From Octopus vulgaris (Eukaryota), in contig OX597822.1 of assembly GCA_951406725.2 (NCBI GenBank), positions 45,756,001 to 45,820,000 on the forward strand: a stretch of DNA of 64,000 nt, given 5' to 3'. Made by a program: the position numbers and the translations under genes. Positions 1 through 10,998 of this stretch are shown in pieces. Numbering within the stretch: position 1 is the first letter of the stretch; the number at the start of each line of letters is the position of its first letter. The notes beneath the pieces were generated by a model. That model was not told where the DNA came from, did no database searches, and was given only the letters and a program-made list of their open reading frames with translations.

Positions 1-499
1 CATTAAGTTTGAACCAACTTATCAGTTTGGCAAAAGAGACCCATAGAATAAGCACTAGGCTTTAAGAAAACAAAAAGAAGTACAGGGGTCAATTAATTCA
101 ACCAGAAATTCTTCAAGGCGGTGCCCCAGCATGGGCACAGTCTAATGACTAAAACAAATAAAAGAAAGAAACAGAACTATCTTTTAAAAAATTCTAACGA
201 AAGGTTCTTTTTTTCTCTCTCTAAATATCAGGATATTCCTCCGTCAAAAAACACTAAACACACCAGCTAATTCAAATTTACGAACTTTCTTTGTCTTGGT
301 TATTTGTTGTGTGTGTGTTTGTGACAGTAGCAGCAGTCTCAAAACTATGTGAGTGATTATTCTATGTGGGTCAAACTTGTGTTTTGCTGAGAAACAGGAA
401 TTGTTTAGAACTAAAGTGCTTTCTAGACCAGAACAGGAATCCTAGTCTTAGGGTTGTAGCTTTATATATGTATATGTGTATATAGATTTATTTGTTTAT

Positions 500-890
500 A
501 GGTGCAGGAGTGGCTGTGTGGTAAGAAGTTTGCTTCCTGATCACATGGTTCCAGGTTCAGTCCCACTGCATGGCACCTTGGGCAAGTGTCGTCCAACCAA
601 AGCTTTGTGAGTGGATTTGGTAAATGGAAACAATAAGAAGCTTGTCGTGTATATATATATATCTGTGTGTGTGTGTCTGTGTTTTTTGTTTGTGTTTGTC
701 CCTTACCACTGCTTGACAACTGGTGGTCGTGTATTTATGTCTCTAGCTTAGTGGTTTGGCAAAAGAGACTGATATAGTGCCAGGTTTGAAAAGCAAAAAA
801 GTACTGTAGTCTATTCGTTCGACTAAAATTGTTCAAGGTGGTGCTCCAGCATGGCCACAGTCAAATGACTGAAACAAGTAAAAGAGTAAA
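500..890 (+). mobile_element. tRNA-derived SINE family A (about 20 copies in window)
   Basis: tRNA-like head GGTGCAGGAGTGGCTGTGTGGTAAG...GGTTCAGTCCCACTG, internal (TA/TG)n, tail CCAGCATGGCCACAGTCAAATGACTGAAACAAGTAAAAGA. Other approximate copies: 1-165+, 5580-5925-, 6405-6727-, 11224-11575+, 11715-12410+, 14210-14550-, 30183-30330+, 39335-39700-, 43622-43940-, 48228-48372-, 49922-50063+, 50980-51395+, 53583-53960+, 58205-58590-. Confidence 0.85.
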
Positions 891-1227
891 GAGTATATAT
901 GTATGTACTTGTGTGTGTGTTGTCAAAATCTGCCAGTAAGTTTGTAGGGTTTCGTTTGTGTGCCATTTCAGTGGTTGAGAAGACAATGTTGCAAGGTTGT
1001 TTTAATAGGGGATTGTGTCTTTGTGGAAATGGAGGCACCATACAATCATTTCCTCAGTGTAACAGCTGGTGTCCTTTGTGGCAATGGAAGTACCATATAT
1101 TTTGCTTGCTGTGTGTGTGTGTGTGAATATAAGTGCAATAGAGTTGCCTAATATCTGCTGTGATTATATCTTTGGTGAGATTGGTATACCATACAGTTTG
1201 CTTACTATATGCAATGATTATGTCTTA

Positions 1228-1482
1228 CTCTTTTGCTCTTTTACTTGTTTGTCATTTGACTGTGGCCATGCTGGAGCACTGCCTTTTAGTCGAGCAAATC
1301 GATCCCAAGAATTATTCTTTGTAAGCCTAGTACTTATTCTATCAGTCTCTTTTGCCAAACCGCTAAGTTACGGGGACGTAAACACACTAGCATCGGTTGT
1401 CAAGCGATGTTGGGGAGGACAGACACACAAAGACACACACATACATACATATATATATGTTGTATGTATGTATGTATGTATG

Positions 1483-1530
<48 letters not shown>

Positions 1531-1690
1531 CAACGAGCTTCTTTCAGTTTCCATCTACCAAATCCACTCACAAGGCTTTGGTCAGCCCAAGGCTATAGTA
1601 GAAGACACTTGCCCAAGGTGCCATGCAGTGGGAATGAACCCGGAACTATGTTCATAAGCAAACTACTTACCACACAGCCACTCCTATGCC
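1228..1690 (-). mobile_element. SINE family A, full-length copy
   Basis: Reverse complement of the family A head, body and tail, with an internal microsatellite. Confidence 0.85.
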
Positions 1691-2714
1691 TTAGTGATTT
1701 TTGATGAGAAACTATGTTGTCTTGTCATTTATTAGAGGACGTTTTTAATGCCTCTGTTCCTGGTTGTTGTAGAAAGCTGTCAGGGGATGTCTAAATTTGC
1801 ATGGGAATGTTGCCCACGTGCAGAAGGTTAAGAAGAGGTGAAGGGTAGCATCATAGGAGTAAGAATGTTTCACCAGAAGACAGGAACTGGTCACTAATGT
1901 ACAAATAAAGAGTGAAAATTTGGAGCATTGTAGAGTTAAAATGTTATGGGATGAAGAAATCTCCATCATTGCATGTAGTGAGAGAGTTAAGTCATCTGAT
2001 AGGAAATACCGATGTCAGATTAACCTAATATTTGACTTGGGAATCGTAGATGGACAACTTAGCATGGACATTATCAAACTAAATATTATCCAATTTAGAA
2101 ATGTTAGGATATTATTTGAGAGATTTGACTACTAGTTCTAATATTGGGCCAACCATGTAGATGTGCCATTTGTCAACTCATTGGAAATAAGTTGGAGAAT
2201 GATCTCTCTTAGTCAGAAGTTTTGATCTCCTGCTCTTAACTGTTCTGCAAAACTATAAGAGCAGAGCTTCTGTTTAAATGAAAACAAAGATTTATTTTCC
2301 TTTTTCAAAATCTAAAAAGCGAAACAACTTAGCTTGTTTAATGAATTTGTATTTTATGAGGATTAGCAGTTCTGATGCATTCACTAGAGAACCTTTGTTA
2401 CCTTAACCATTTTGTTCTGGTGTGCAGCTGCATCCACATTCTGCTTCAGATTATGAGCTACTTGTGATAACAACTGTGTACAATAACAACACCCTTTTCA
2501 TGTTAAATACTGTATTTGATGGCGCACAAGACACACGTTCTTAAAAAAAGAATTCTATAAAAAACCATCCTGAGTCCTATATAAGCTTTAACCCACCATA
2601 AGCTTTAACTCTTTTGATACCACCCTGCCTGAAACCACCCCTGGCTCTATAAGAATTTCTTGTTTTAAATATTCTAGATTAGTGGTTCTCAATCAGGGTT
2701 CATAGATTTTGTTA

Positions 2715-2929
2715 TTAACCCTTTCATTACCAACCCAGGTGAAACTGGTTCTGTAGTACAAATACCTTTTCATATTTTGAATTAAAATCTTCCACCAAAC
2801 CTTAGTCTCAATTTATGTTCCTAACACGAGGTGAATGATAAGTTATTTTACTAAATTCTTTGTTATATTTAAAATTAATTGAAAGAAACACAGAACATCT
2901 CAACAGAAATATGGTAACAAAAGGGTTAA
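2715..2929. mobile_element. piggyBac-type MITE
   Basis: TTAA-CCCTTTCATTACC ... GGTAACAAAAGGG-TTAA. Confidence 0.85.
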
Positions 2930-2941
2930 CAAACGATTAAT

Positions 2942-3170
2942 TTAACCCTTTTGGTACCTACTTGGTTGAAACCACCTCTGGCTCTGTAGCACAAATGTCT
3001 TGTTTTCATAAGTTTTGAATTAAAATCTTCCACCAAACCTTAGTCACAATTCATGTTCCTAACATTAGCTTAATGATAACTAAGTTATTTTACTAAATTC
3101 TTTGTTATATTTAAAATAATTGAAAGAAACCCTGAGCATCTCAAAATAAATACAGTAACGAAAGGGTTAA
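2942..3170. mobile_element. piggyBac-type MITE, second copy
   Basis: TTAA-CCCTTTTGGTACC ... GTAACGAAAGGG-TTAA; internal sequence matches 2715-2929. Confidence 0.85.
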
Positions 3171-3799
3171 AGTTAGTTTCAATAAACTGGTTCTACATCT
3201 ACAATGCACAAAATATTTAAAGTTTTTTTTATACAATTCCTAATGATATTTAATTATAGAAATATAATTAGATTTTTGTAAACATTGAATGGCTATGAAG
3301 GTCCATTCAAGTAAAATATAGTCCAAGCGACTCCAGAGGTAAAAAAATGGTCAAGAACCTCTGTTCTAGAATTAAGATCTTCCTCCAATATTCTATGACT
3401 CATTTCTCTCAAACACCAGTTTGATAATGGCATGGTTATTTTACCAAATTCATTATTCTCAAAATAAACTGAAACAAAAGCAGAGTATTTTCATAGAAAA
3501 ACAGTAACAAAAGGGTTAAATGCACTAAAAACATTTTATCCTGAATACGTGCTTCTAAAATTGGAATGTGTCAAATATGTCTGTTGATCTTTTATACCAT
3601 CAAATACATCATTCATGAAACATCGACCACCAGGTGGCATATGTGCATATGTCTTAGTTAACAAGTAATGATTCTATACCACACATACACATACACCAGT
3701 GTGTGTATGTGTTTGTGTGCACGTGTTTGTAAATGACAGGTGTTACAAAGCTGGACCTTTGATTTATATAGGTTCATACACACACAGTTTGTCTGATGA

Positions 3800-3835
<36 letters not shown>

Positions 3836-3849
3836 ATCAGAATCTCAAT

Positions 3850-4095
3850 AAAATCAAAAATGGAAATTGTAGTTGTGGTCAATGCCAGTGTTGCCTGAAT
3901 GGCTCCCGTGCCGGTGGCACATAAAAAGCACCCACCACCCTCTCAGAGTGGTTGGTGTTCGGAAGGGCATCCAGCTGTAGAAGCATTGCCAGATTAGATT
4001 GGAGCCTGGTGCAGCCTCCTGGCTTGCCAGTCCCCAGTCAAACTGCCCAATCCATGCCAGCATGGAAAACAGACATTAAACGATGATGATGATGA
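3850..4095 (+). mobile_element. RTE-LINE 3' tail repeat ending in (GAT)n
   Basis: GTGGCACATAAAAAGCACCCAC...GGAAGGGCATCCAGCTGTAG...CCATGCCAGCATGGAAAA...(GAT)n, the same sequence as the 3' end of the RTE at 59067. Other copies: 4500-4947+, 9563-9835+, 10615-10945+, 15730-16260+, 23790-24155-, 31200-31715+, 38520-38785+, 41594-41990-, 46920-47060-, 47560-47965+, 49130-49325+. Confidence 0.8.
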
Positions 4096-4247
4096 TTGGT
4101 CTTTAACTCTTGGTAGAACTGTAGAGTTTGTCTCATTGGTCCTGCCTAAGGATTATGTTTAAAGAAATATATTACAAACACAAAGTTCATTTAAAAGTAG
4201 ACTATAAGATTTTTTATACTTAAACAGATTTTATACGTGTATGTGTT

Positions 4248-4283
<36 letters not shown>

Positions 4284-4284
<1 letters not shown>

Positions 4285-4383
4285 TTTATTTAAAGCAGCA
4301 GAAAATTCAACAAAACCTGTTACTCTGAGTTTTCCGTTGCAGAGTAACAGGTTTTGTTGAATTTTCTGCTGCTTTAAATAAAG
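4284..4383. repeat. Perfect 44-bp inverted repeat with 12-nt loop, in a small element flanked by (TA)n
   Basis: 4284-4327 is the exact reverse complement of 4340-4383. Confidence 0.95.
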
Positions 4384-4961
4384 CATATTACTCTACCACT
4401 GGTATTTGAGTACTCTTTTTTTTTCCACCTTGTTTCACATTTATGTGTTTACTCCGGTATATATATATATATATATAAATATGTGTATATTGTCAAGCTA
4501 AGTGAAATCATAGTTATGATCAGTGCTGGTATCATGTAACTGGGACCTATGCCAATACCATGTAAAAAGTACCCTTTTGAGTGTTGAGCCTCACAGAGGC
4601 AACGTAGCAGATGTCAGTGGCATGTAAAAAGCACTTTTCAAGCGTTGGGCCTCATGGAGGCAATGACAAATGACTGAGACCTTTGCCAATATGCTGTGCT
4701 TGAGAAGGCCCATCAAGCTAAGCGAAATCATAGTTGTGGCAGACACTGGTGTCACACAACTGGCCAGTGGCACGTAAAAGCATCCATTACACTCTTGGAG
4801 TGGTTGGTGTTAGGAAGGGCATCTAGCCATAGAAAACCCTGCCAGCTCAGACTGGTGTCTGGTATAGCCCCTCAGCTTACCAGCCCTGGTTAAACTGTCC
4901 AACCCATGCCAGCATGGACAATGGAGGTTAAATGATGATGATGATGATATATACACATATA

Positions 4962-5515
4962 TGAGGGTGAGTCAAAAAGTAATGCCATTTTGCTCAGGAC
5001 AGGTATAATTACCAACACAGGAACATGTATCAGACATTAAGATGAAGCTAATTATGAGTTTATTGTTTTCCTTTTGGAAAGAAATCGACCAGAATGACAC
5101 CTTGAGCATCCCAAAAGACAGTCGCCATGATTTTTCCAACTGACTTTTGCATCTTGAACTTTTTCAATGGTGGTGACGTAAAGTTGCGCCATTCCATTGA
5201 CTGCCTCTTTGTGTCCGGATCATAAAGATGAACCCATGTTTCATCACCTGTTACAAGCCTTCGAAAGAAGGTGTTGTCTCTTTGACTTTGTAGTGAAGAA
5301 GTGGCTCAAAGAACAGTCAACAGAATTTTACAGGGCATGGGTACATGCTCTCATTCAAAGGTAGAACATTGCTATTGAGAGAAACGATGACTATGTTGAG
5401 AAGTAGGGATGTGATCCACAGAGGACCGGCTTTATTTTGATGTATGATACATGTTCCTGTTTTGGTAATTATACTTGTCCTAAACAAAATGGCATTACTT
5501 TTTGACTCTCCCTTG
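4962..5515. mobile_element. mariner deletion derivative with about 70-bp TIRs
   Basis: TIRs TGAGGGTGAGTCAAAAAGTAATGCCATTTTG... / ...CAAAATGGCATTACTTTTTGACTCTCCCTTG. Minus-strand peptide LVTGDETWVHLYDPDTKRQSMEW...GKIMATVFWDAQGVILVDF; plus-strand C-terminus VKKWLKEQSTEFY...DDYVEK*. Confidence 0.9.
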
Positions 5516-5545
5516 TCTATATTTATTTATGTGTGTGTGTGTGTG

Positions 5546-5577
<32 letters not shown>

Positions 5578-5936
5578 ACTCATTTCCGTTATTAAACTGG
5601 GGCACCACCTTGAACAACATTTAGTCACATAAATTGACCCCAGTATTTATTTTTTAAGGGTTGTACTTATTCTGTCAGTCTCATTTGGCAAACCGCTATG
5701 TTATGGATAACATAAACGCACCAACACCAGTTGTGAAACAGTAATGGGGGACAAACAAAGACACACACACGATGGGCTCTTTCAGTTTCTGCCTACAAAA
5801 TAAACTCTGAAGGCTTTGGTCAGTATAGTGAAAGACCCTAGCCAAGGTGCCATGCAGTGGGACTGAACCCAGAACCATGTGATTTGGAAGTAAGCTTCTT
5901 ACTACACAGCCATGTCTGTGCCTATATACATATTAG

Positions 5937-6151
5937 GGGCGGCAGGCTGGCAGAATCGTTAGCACGCCAGGCGAAATGCTGAGCGGTATTTCGTCTACCG
6001 TTACATTCAAATTCTGGTGAGGTCAACTTTGCCTTTCATCCTTTCGGGATCAATTACATAAGTACCAGTTATGCACTGGGGTCGATGTAATCGACTTAAT
6101 TGTCTGTCCTTATTTATTCCCTCTATGTTTACCCCTCTGTGGGCAATAAAG

Positions 6152-6155
<4 letters not shown>
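5937..6155 (+). mobile_element. tRNA-derived SINE family B (central block resembles the MetaSINE domain)
   Basis: GGCGGCAGGCTGGCAGAATCGTTAGCACGCC...TTCAAATTC...GCCTTTCATCCTTTCGGGATCAAT...AGTACCAG. Copies: 14890-15100-, 20600-20800+, 20967-21180+, 21204-21418+, 22177-22355+, 22811-23045+, 30562-30735-, 52407-52585+, 54220-54420-, 54928-55140-. Confidence 0.8.
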
Positions 6156-6206
<51 letters not shown>

Positions 6207-6612
6207 TGTGTGTGTGTAGTGAGTCATCTTTTATGACTTTTACAGAAGTTAGTTTTGAAACTATATGATTTCGGTTTCAATCCCACTGCACTGCAAATTG
6301 GGTGAGTGTCCTCTTCACTATCTCTGGACACTAACCAATACCTTGGGATTGAATTTGGTTGACAGAAACTTTGCAAAAATCTGTCATTATTAATTTTTTA
6401 AAATTCTTTTACTTGTTTCAGCCCTTTGACTGTGGCCATGCTGGAGCACCGTCTTTTAGTCAAGCAAATCGCCCCCAGGACTTATTCTTTGTAAGCCTAG
6501 TACTTATTCTATCAGACTCCTTTGCGAAATCACTAAGTCTTGGGAATATAAACACACCAGCATCGGTTGTCAGGTGCTGGGCAGGAGTGGGGACAGACAC
6601 ACACACGCATAA

Positions 6613-6663
<51 letters not shown>

Positions 6664-6925
6664 CATACATACATACACGATGGGCTTCTTTCAGTTTCCG
6701 TCTACTAAATCCACTCACAAGGCTTTGCCAGCATGCAAAACAGACGTTAACCGATGATGATATACATGTATATGTGTATGTGTGTGTCTATATATGTATA
6801 TATATATATGTATGTATATGTGTGTATGTGTATATATATATGTGTATGTATGTGTATATGTATATATATATGTGTATGTATGTGTATATGTATATATATA
6901 TGTGTATATATATATATATATATAT

Positions 6926-7351
6926 AAATTTGACCTCAGCAACAAAGACCAAACATTCACGGTATCTAAATGCAATGATAGCCGATGTGGCACATGCCAA
7001 TTCATACATACCGGTCAATATATAAACACAAAAACCGGGAAAATATTCACAAACGCGAATATGAACTGCAAAAGCAGAAATTTAATTTACTGCATCAAAT
7101 GCCCAAATTGTGAAGAAATATATGTAGGTCAGACGGGAAACGCACTATTAGAACGCTCACGTGTACACCGGCAACAGATTAGAGACCCAGAGGTCCGTCA
7201 GATACCTTTGAGTAACCACCTAGCAACATGTGGTCGGAAAATATATATAATATTTCCATTCTACAAATTACACAGCCCAAGTGAAATCGAGAGGAAAATC
7301 AGAGAAAAGAATTTTATTGATAAATTCGAACCCAAGCTAAATAAGCAATAA
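6926..7351 (+). pseudogene. PLE GIY-YIG endonuclease C-terminus with upstream Cys cluster (Neptune-like)
   Basis: [10 protein letters not shown]...NCKSRNLIYCIKCPNCEEIYVGQTGNALLERSRVH...ERKIREKNFIDKFEPKLN*; LIY...YVG with the conserved R, H, E and N residues. Confidence 0.9.
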
Positions 7352-7845
7352 TAATAATACTTAGAGGTATTACTTCCACTGCTACGACCATGACCACTAA
7401 CAACAACAACAATACTAAAGGTGATCAAGACGAAGATAGCAGGAAAATTATCTTATTTAGGGTTAAAAGTTCTATTGCCACCACCATCACCACTAGCAAC
7501 AATAATTAAGGTGCTGACAATGATGATGATGACAATTGAAATATAAAAATATAAAAATCTCTGACAAAGGATATTTACAACATTTCTAAAAATAACCCAA
7601 CAATTGCTGCTTCGGCCAGGGTCAAGATACAGGACTCTTGACCTGTCCAACAAAGCGTGATGCCTAAACCAATCAGCTCAACCAACCAATCAGCTTAAGT
7701 AATTGAGTGATACTACACACTGATTGGTCAGAATACAGTTTGCAAAACCTAGCACTCTGGAGCCTACCCAGCTGTATTTATAGCACAGAATCACTCATCT
7801 TGCTACAGTCAAAAATTGTGAAGCATGACTGTCAACACTACTACA

Positions 7846-7890
7846 TGAACCCGAAGATTGCAGAATTCAATGCATGAAAGTACTAGTTCA
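7846..7890 (+). ncRNA. Minimal type I hammerhead motif (U4C variant)
   Basis: TGAAC-CCGAAGA-tTGCAgaattcaaTGCAt-GAAA-gtac-TA-GTTCA; 5-bp stem I, palindromic stem III. Confidence 0.8.
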
Positions 7891-8140
7891 ATCAGAATGA
7901 ATATTTAACATTCTACTATTTCATTTTATTTTACTCAATTATAATATATTATCATTATAAGATTGTAAATAAAACGTGAAAATCAGACAAGGTTGGAATT
8001 CTTTTTATTAATATATTCTTCTATACACAATCACACACACCCATATATATATATATCTATATATATATATATATATGTATAGACGTGTGTGTGTATTTAT
8101 ATATATATAATATAAACTATATAAATATATGCATATATAT

Positions 8141-8475
8141 AGGCGCAGGAGTGGCTGTGTGGTAAGTAGCTTGCTAACCAACCACATGGTTCCAGGTTCA
8201 GTCCCACTGCGTGGCACCTTGGGCAAGTGTCTTCTGCTATAGCCCCGGACCGACCAATGCCTTGTGAGTGGATTTGGTAGACGGAAACTGAAAGAAGCCT
8301 GTCGTATATATGTGTGTGTGTTTGTGTTTGTCCCCCTAGCATTGCTTGACAACCGATGCTGGTGTGCTTATGTCCCCGTTACTTGGCGGTTCGGCAAAAG
8401 AGACCGATAGAATAAGTACTAAAGGCGGTGCCCCAGCATGGCCGCAGTCAAAATGACTGAAACAAGTAAAAGAGA
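8141..8475 (+). mobile_element. SINE family A, well-preserved copy
   Basis: GGCGCAGGAGTGGCTGTGTGGTAAG...GGTTCAGTCCCACTGCG; CpGs retained. Confidence 0.85.
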
Positions 8476-8674
8476 AAGAGAGAAAAAATATATACATACA
8501 TATATGTACATACCTACATATATATGTATATATACATGCATATATGGGTACAGGACATCAAAAAACGTAGACAAAATGAGAAACGAGAACATAAAAGACA
8601 AAGACATAGAAAACGAACTTTCTTTCGAACAATGAAAGAAACAGAGAAACAATACATGCAACATAAAGAATATT

Positions 8675-8737
8675 CCCTTCATCAGTTGTCCTCTGTTTTA
8701 TCTACTCTGCATTTCAAAGGTAAGGACAATACACGAC
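8675..8737 (-). ncRNA. Candidate non-circularly permuted hammerhead, copy 1
   Basis: Minus strand gtCGTG-TA-TTGTCCT-taccttt-GAAA-TGCA-gagtagataaaacag-AGGACAA-CTGATGA-aggg; intact core, perfect 7-bp stem I. Confidence 0.65.
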
Positions 8738-9226
8738 TTCCTTAAAACAGTCCTTTCCCACAAATTAAATAAAATTTGGGATTTTTTGCGGAGGATGACA
8801 GTGGTAACAAAAAGGACAGTGAGGACAAAACAGTAAACACAAACAGCGAGGGCTGTTAAGCCAAGACGATGTGAAGTGCTGAACACTGGAAAAACGAGCT
8901 TTGAGAAGAGACAGGAAAAAGCATGTCATGTGTTTAGGAAGGAAGTGGAAGAAAGAGAGAATGGCTGTTAGTCATGTGTGACCAATGAGAGTCAAAGAGG
9001 AAGAGTGAGAGAGAGAGAGAGAGGGGGAACGGTGACGGGGAGAGGAGAAGAATAGGGAAAGCTCGTTTTTCCAGCGTTCAGCACTTCACATTGTCTTGGC
9101 TTAGCCCTAACCGTTTGTTTTTACTGTTTTGTTCTCACTGTCTTGTTTTTGCTACTACTTTCACCCTCCACAAAAAATCCCGTATTTTATTTAATTTACT
9201 TTGCAGGAAGGACTGTTTTAACGAAG

Positions 9227-9288
9227 TCGCACCTTGTCCTTACCTTTGAAATGCGGAGTAGATAAAACAGGGGACAACTGATGAAGGG
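9227..9288 (+). ncRNA. Candidate non-circularly permuted hammerhead, copy 2 (U16.1 mutated to C)
   Basis: tCGCA-CC-TTGTCCT-taccttt-GAAA-TGCG-gagtagataaaacag-GGGACAA-CTGATGA-aggg; stem III CGCA/TGCG is perfect. Confidence 0.6.
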
Positions 9289-9524
9289 AATCTTCTTTAT
9301 GTAGCATGTCTCGTTTCTCTGTTTCTTTCATTGTTCAAAAAAAGTTCCTTTTCTCTGTTTTTGTTTTTTATGTTCTCATTTCTCATCCTGTCCATGTTTT
9401 TTTTGATGTCCTGTACCCATATATGCATGTATATATACATATATATGTGGGTATGTACATATATGTATGTATATATGCATATATTTATATATTATTACGT
9501 GATTGAACACCATGCATCCTTTTC

Positions 9525-9563
<39 letters not shown>

Positions 9564-9832
9564 GGCACCTAGCCTCGTCTGGCACCTGTGTCGGTGGCAC
9601 ATAAAAAACACCATCCGAGCGTGGCCGTTCGCCAGCCTCGTCTGGCACCTGTGTCGGTGGCATATAAAATCACCCACTACACTCTCGGAGTGGTTGGCGT
9701 TAGGAAGGGCATCCAGCTGTAGAAACACTGCCAGATCTGACTGGCCTGGTGCAGCCTTCGGGCTCCCCAGACCCCAGTTGAACTGTCCAACCCATGCTAG
9801 CATGGAAAGCGGACGTTAAATGATGATGATGA

Positions 9833-9887
<55 letters not shown>

Positions 9888-10069
9888 AGTTATTGTTATC
9901 TAGAAGACCCAAAGAGTGGCAGGTAATGCTAAGTATGTGCTAAGGAGAGACCATAGTCAAACTCTTGTTTCGATAGTGATACGAGTGAGTAGTTTAATGT
10001 GGGTCTTGTATTAGCATGCATATATATTTATATTAGACAAAAAGAGATAATAAACCCAGTTGTGAGAAG

Positions 10070-10552
10070 TTTTCAGGACATTTATAAGGAAATAGATATA
10101 AACATTCTAATCAGACACATCTGTGTCCCCCCCCCCTTGCTCCCCATCTATCCACAAATACTACCAATACATTCTCAAATTTTTACTCACACAACAAAAC
10201 CCCTTCGAATGAGCAACACAGAATCCACGGCTCCATACTTTGAAATGACTAAACATGAACTACTACTGGAACTTACAAACCATGTACAAGTAACTTTTTT
10301 ACCACCTCTATACACCACTTTCCTCGAATAATGGAACTGCAACTACAATATTTTATATTTTATTTCTACTTTCTCTTATTTCCCTCCATATTCCCTATTT
10401 CCTCCTTTTCCACAATAATTACTTATTTCGAACTCAAACATTTACCTATATTTAACCACCTCACATCGTCTCTGATGAAGGGACATCTATAATATCCCAG
10501 AAACAGCTGTAAGACTATATCTATATCTCTTTCCTTATAAATGTCCTGAAAA
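10070..10552 (+). mobile_element. PLE-like 3' fragment with inverted copy of its terminus
   Basis: 10070-10100 is the inverted copy of 10522-10552; contains an HHR; no ORF. Confidence 0.65.
10468..10515 (+). ncRNA. Minimal type I hammerhead, intact core
   Basis: GTCT-CTGATGA-aGGGAcatctataataTCCCa-GAAA-CAGCTG-TA-AGAC; GUA triplet, predicted cut after 10511. Confidence 0.85.
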
Positions 10553-10580
10553 TGTGTGTATGTGTCTGTATGTATATATA

Positions 10581-10613
<33 letters not shown>

Positions 10614-10945
10614 GCCAATACCCCCTGAGTGGTTCCTGTGCCAGTAGCACGTAAAAAGCACCATCTGAATGTGTTTGTTGCCAGGCCCGCCTTACTGGCT
10701 CCGATGCTGGTGGCATGTAAAAAGCACCAACCAATCGTGACCAGTGCCAGTTCCCCATGACTGGCTCCTGTGCCGGTGGCATGTAAAAAGCACCCACTAC
10801 ACTCTTGGAGGGATTGGCATTAGGAAGGGCATCCAGCTATAGAAACTCTTCAAGACCAAATTGGAGCCTGGTGAGCTGCTGGCTCTCCAGACCTCAGTCA
10901 AGCTGCCCAACCCATGCCAGCATGGAAAACAGATGTTAATTGATG

Positions 10946-10998
<53 letters not shown>

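Larger units (their letters stand above)
2680..3363. mobile_element. hAT (Charlie-like) non-autonomous transposon
   Basis: Ends TAGTGGTTCTCAA ... TCAAGAACCTCTG; 8-bp TSD TTCTAGAT/TTCTAGAA, matching the NTCTAGAN preference of Charlie elements. Confidence 0.75.
2605..3519. mobile_element. piggyBac-type MITE (TTAA-flanked), outer copy split by nested insertions
   Basis: TTAA-CTCTTTTGATACC ... GTAACAAAAGGG-TTAA; the two halves match the intact copies at 2715-2929, 2942-3170 and 57655-57886. Confidence 0.75.
6926..8010 (+). mobile_element. 5'-truncated Penelope-like element inserted in (TA)n
   Basis: GIY-YIG ORF remnant, then 3' UTR, then HHR at 7846-7890; TA-rich microsatellite on both sides. 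Confidence 0.85.
8488..9476. repeat. About 410-bp imperfect inverted repeat of a PLE-like 3' end, about 155-nt purine-rich spacer
   Basis: 8488-8902 is the diverged reverse complement of 9058-9476; both arms end in GATGTCCTGTACCCATATATGCA plus a TA-rich tract. Confidence 0.85.

Noticed and set aside
1069-1704. 211-aa ORF and recurring peptides such as RLPNPLTRLW and DTCPRCHAVG
   Set aside because: Chance frames through SINE copies.
3790-3850. CTGATGA-(TA)n-GAAA
   Set aside because: Stem II is only a microsatellite; no stem I or III; junction of unrelated repeats.
8141-8215. tRNA gene
   Set aside because: tRNA-like SINE head continuing into a SINE body; no proper cloverleaf.
9244-9288. Conventional type II hammerhead reading using the GUA at 9258-9260
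   Set aside because: No stem I hairpin forms after that triplet; the pairings point instead to the upstream strand (rearranged model).
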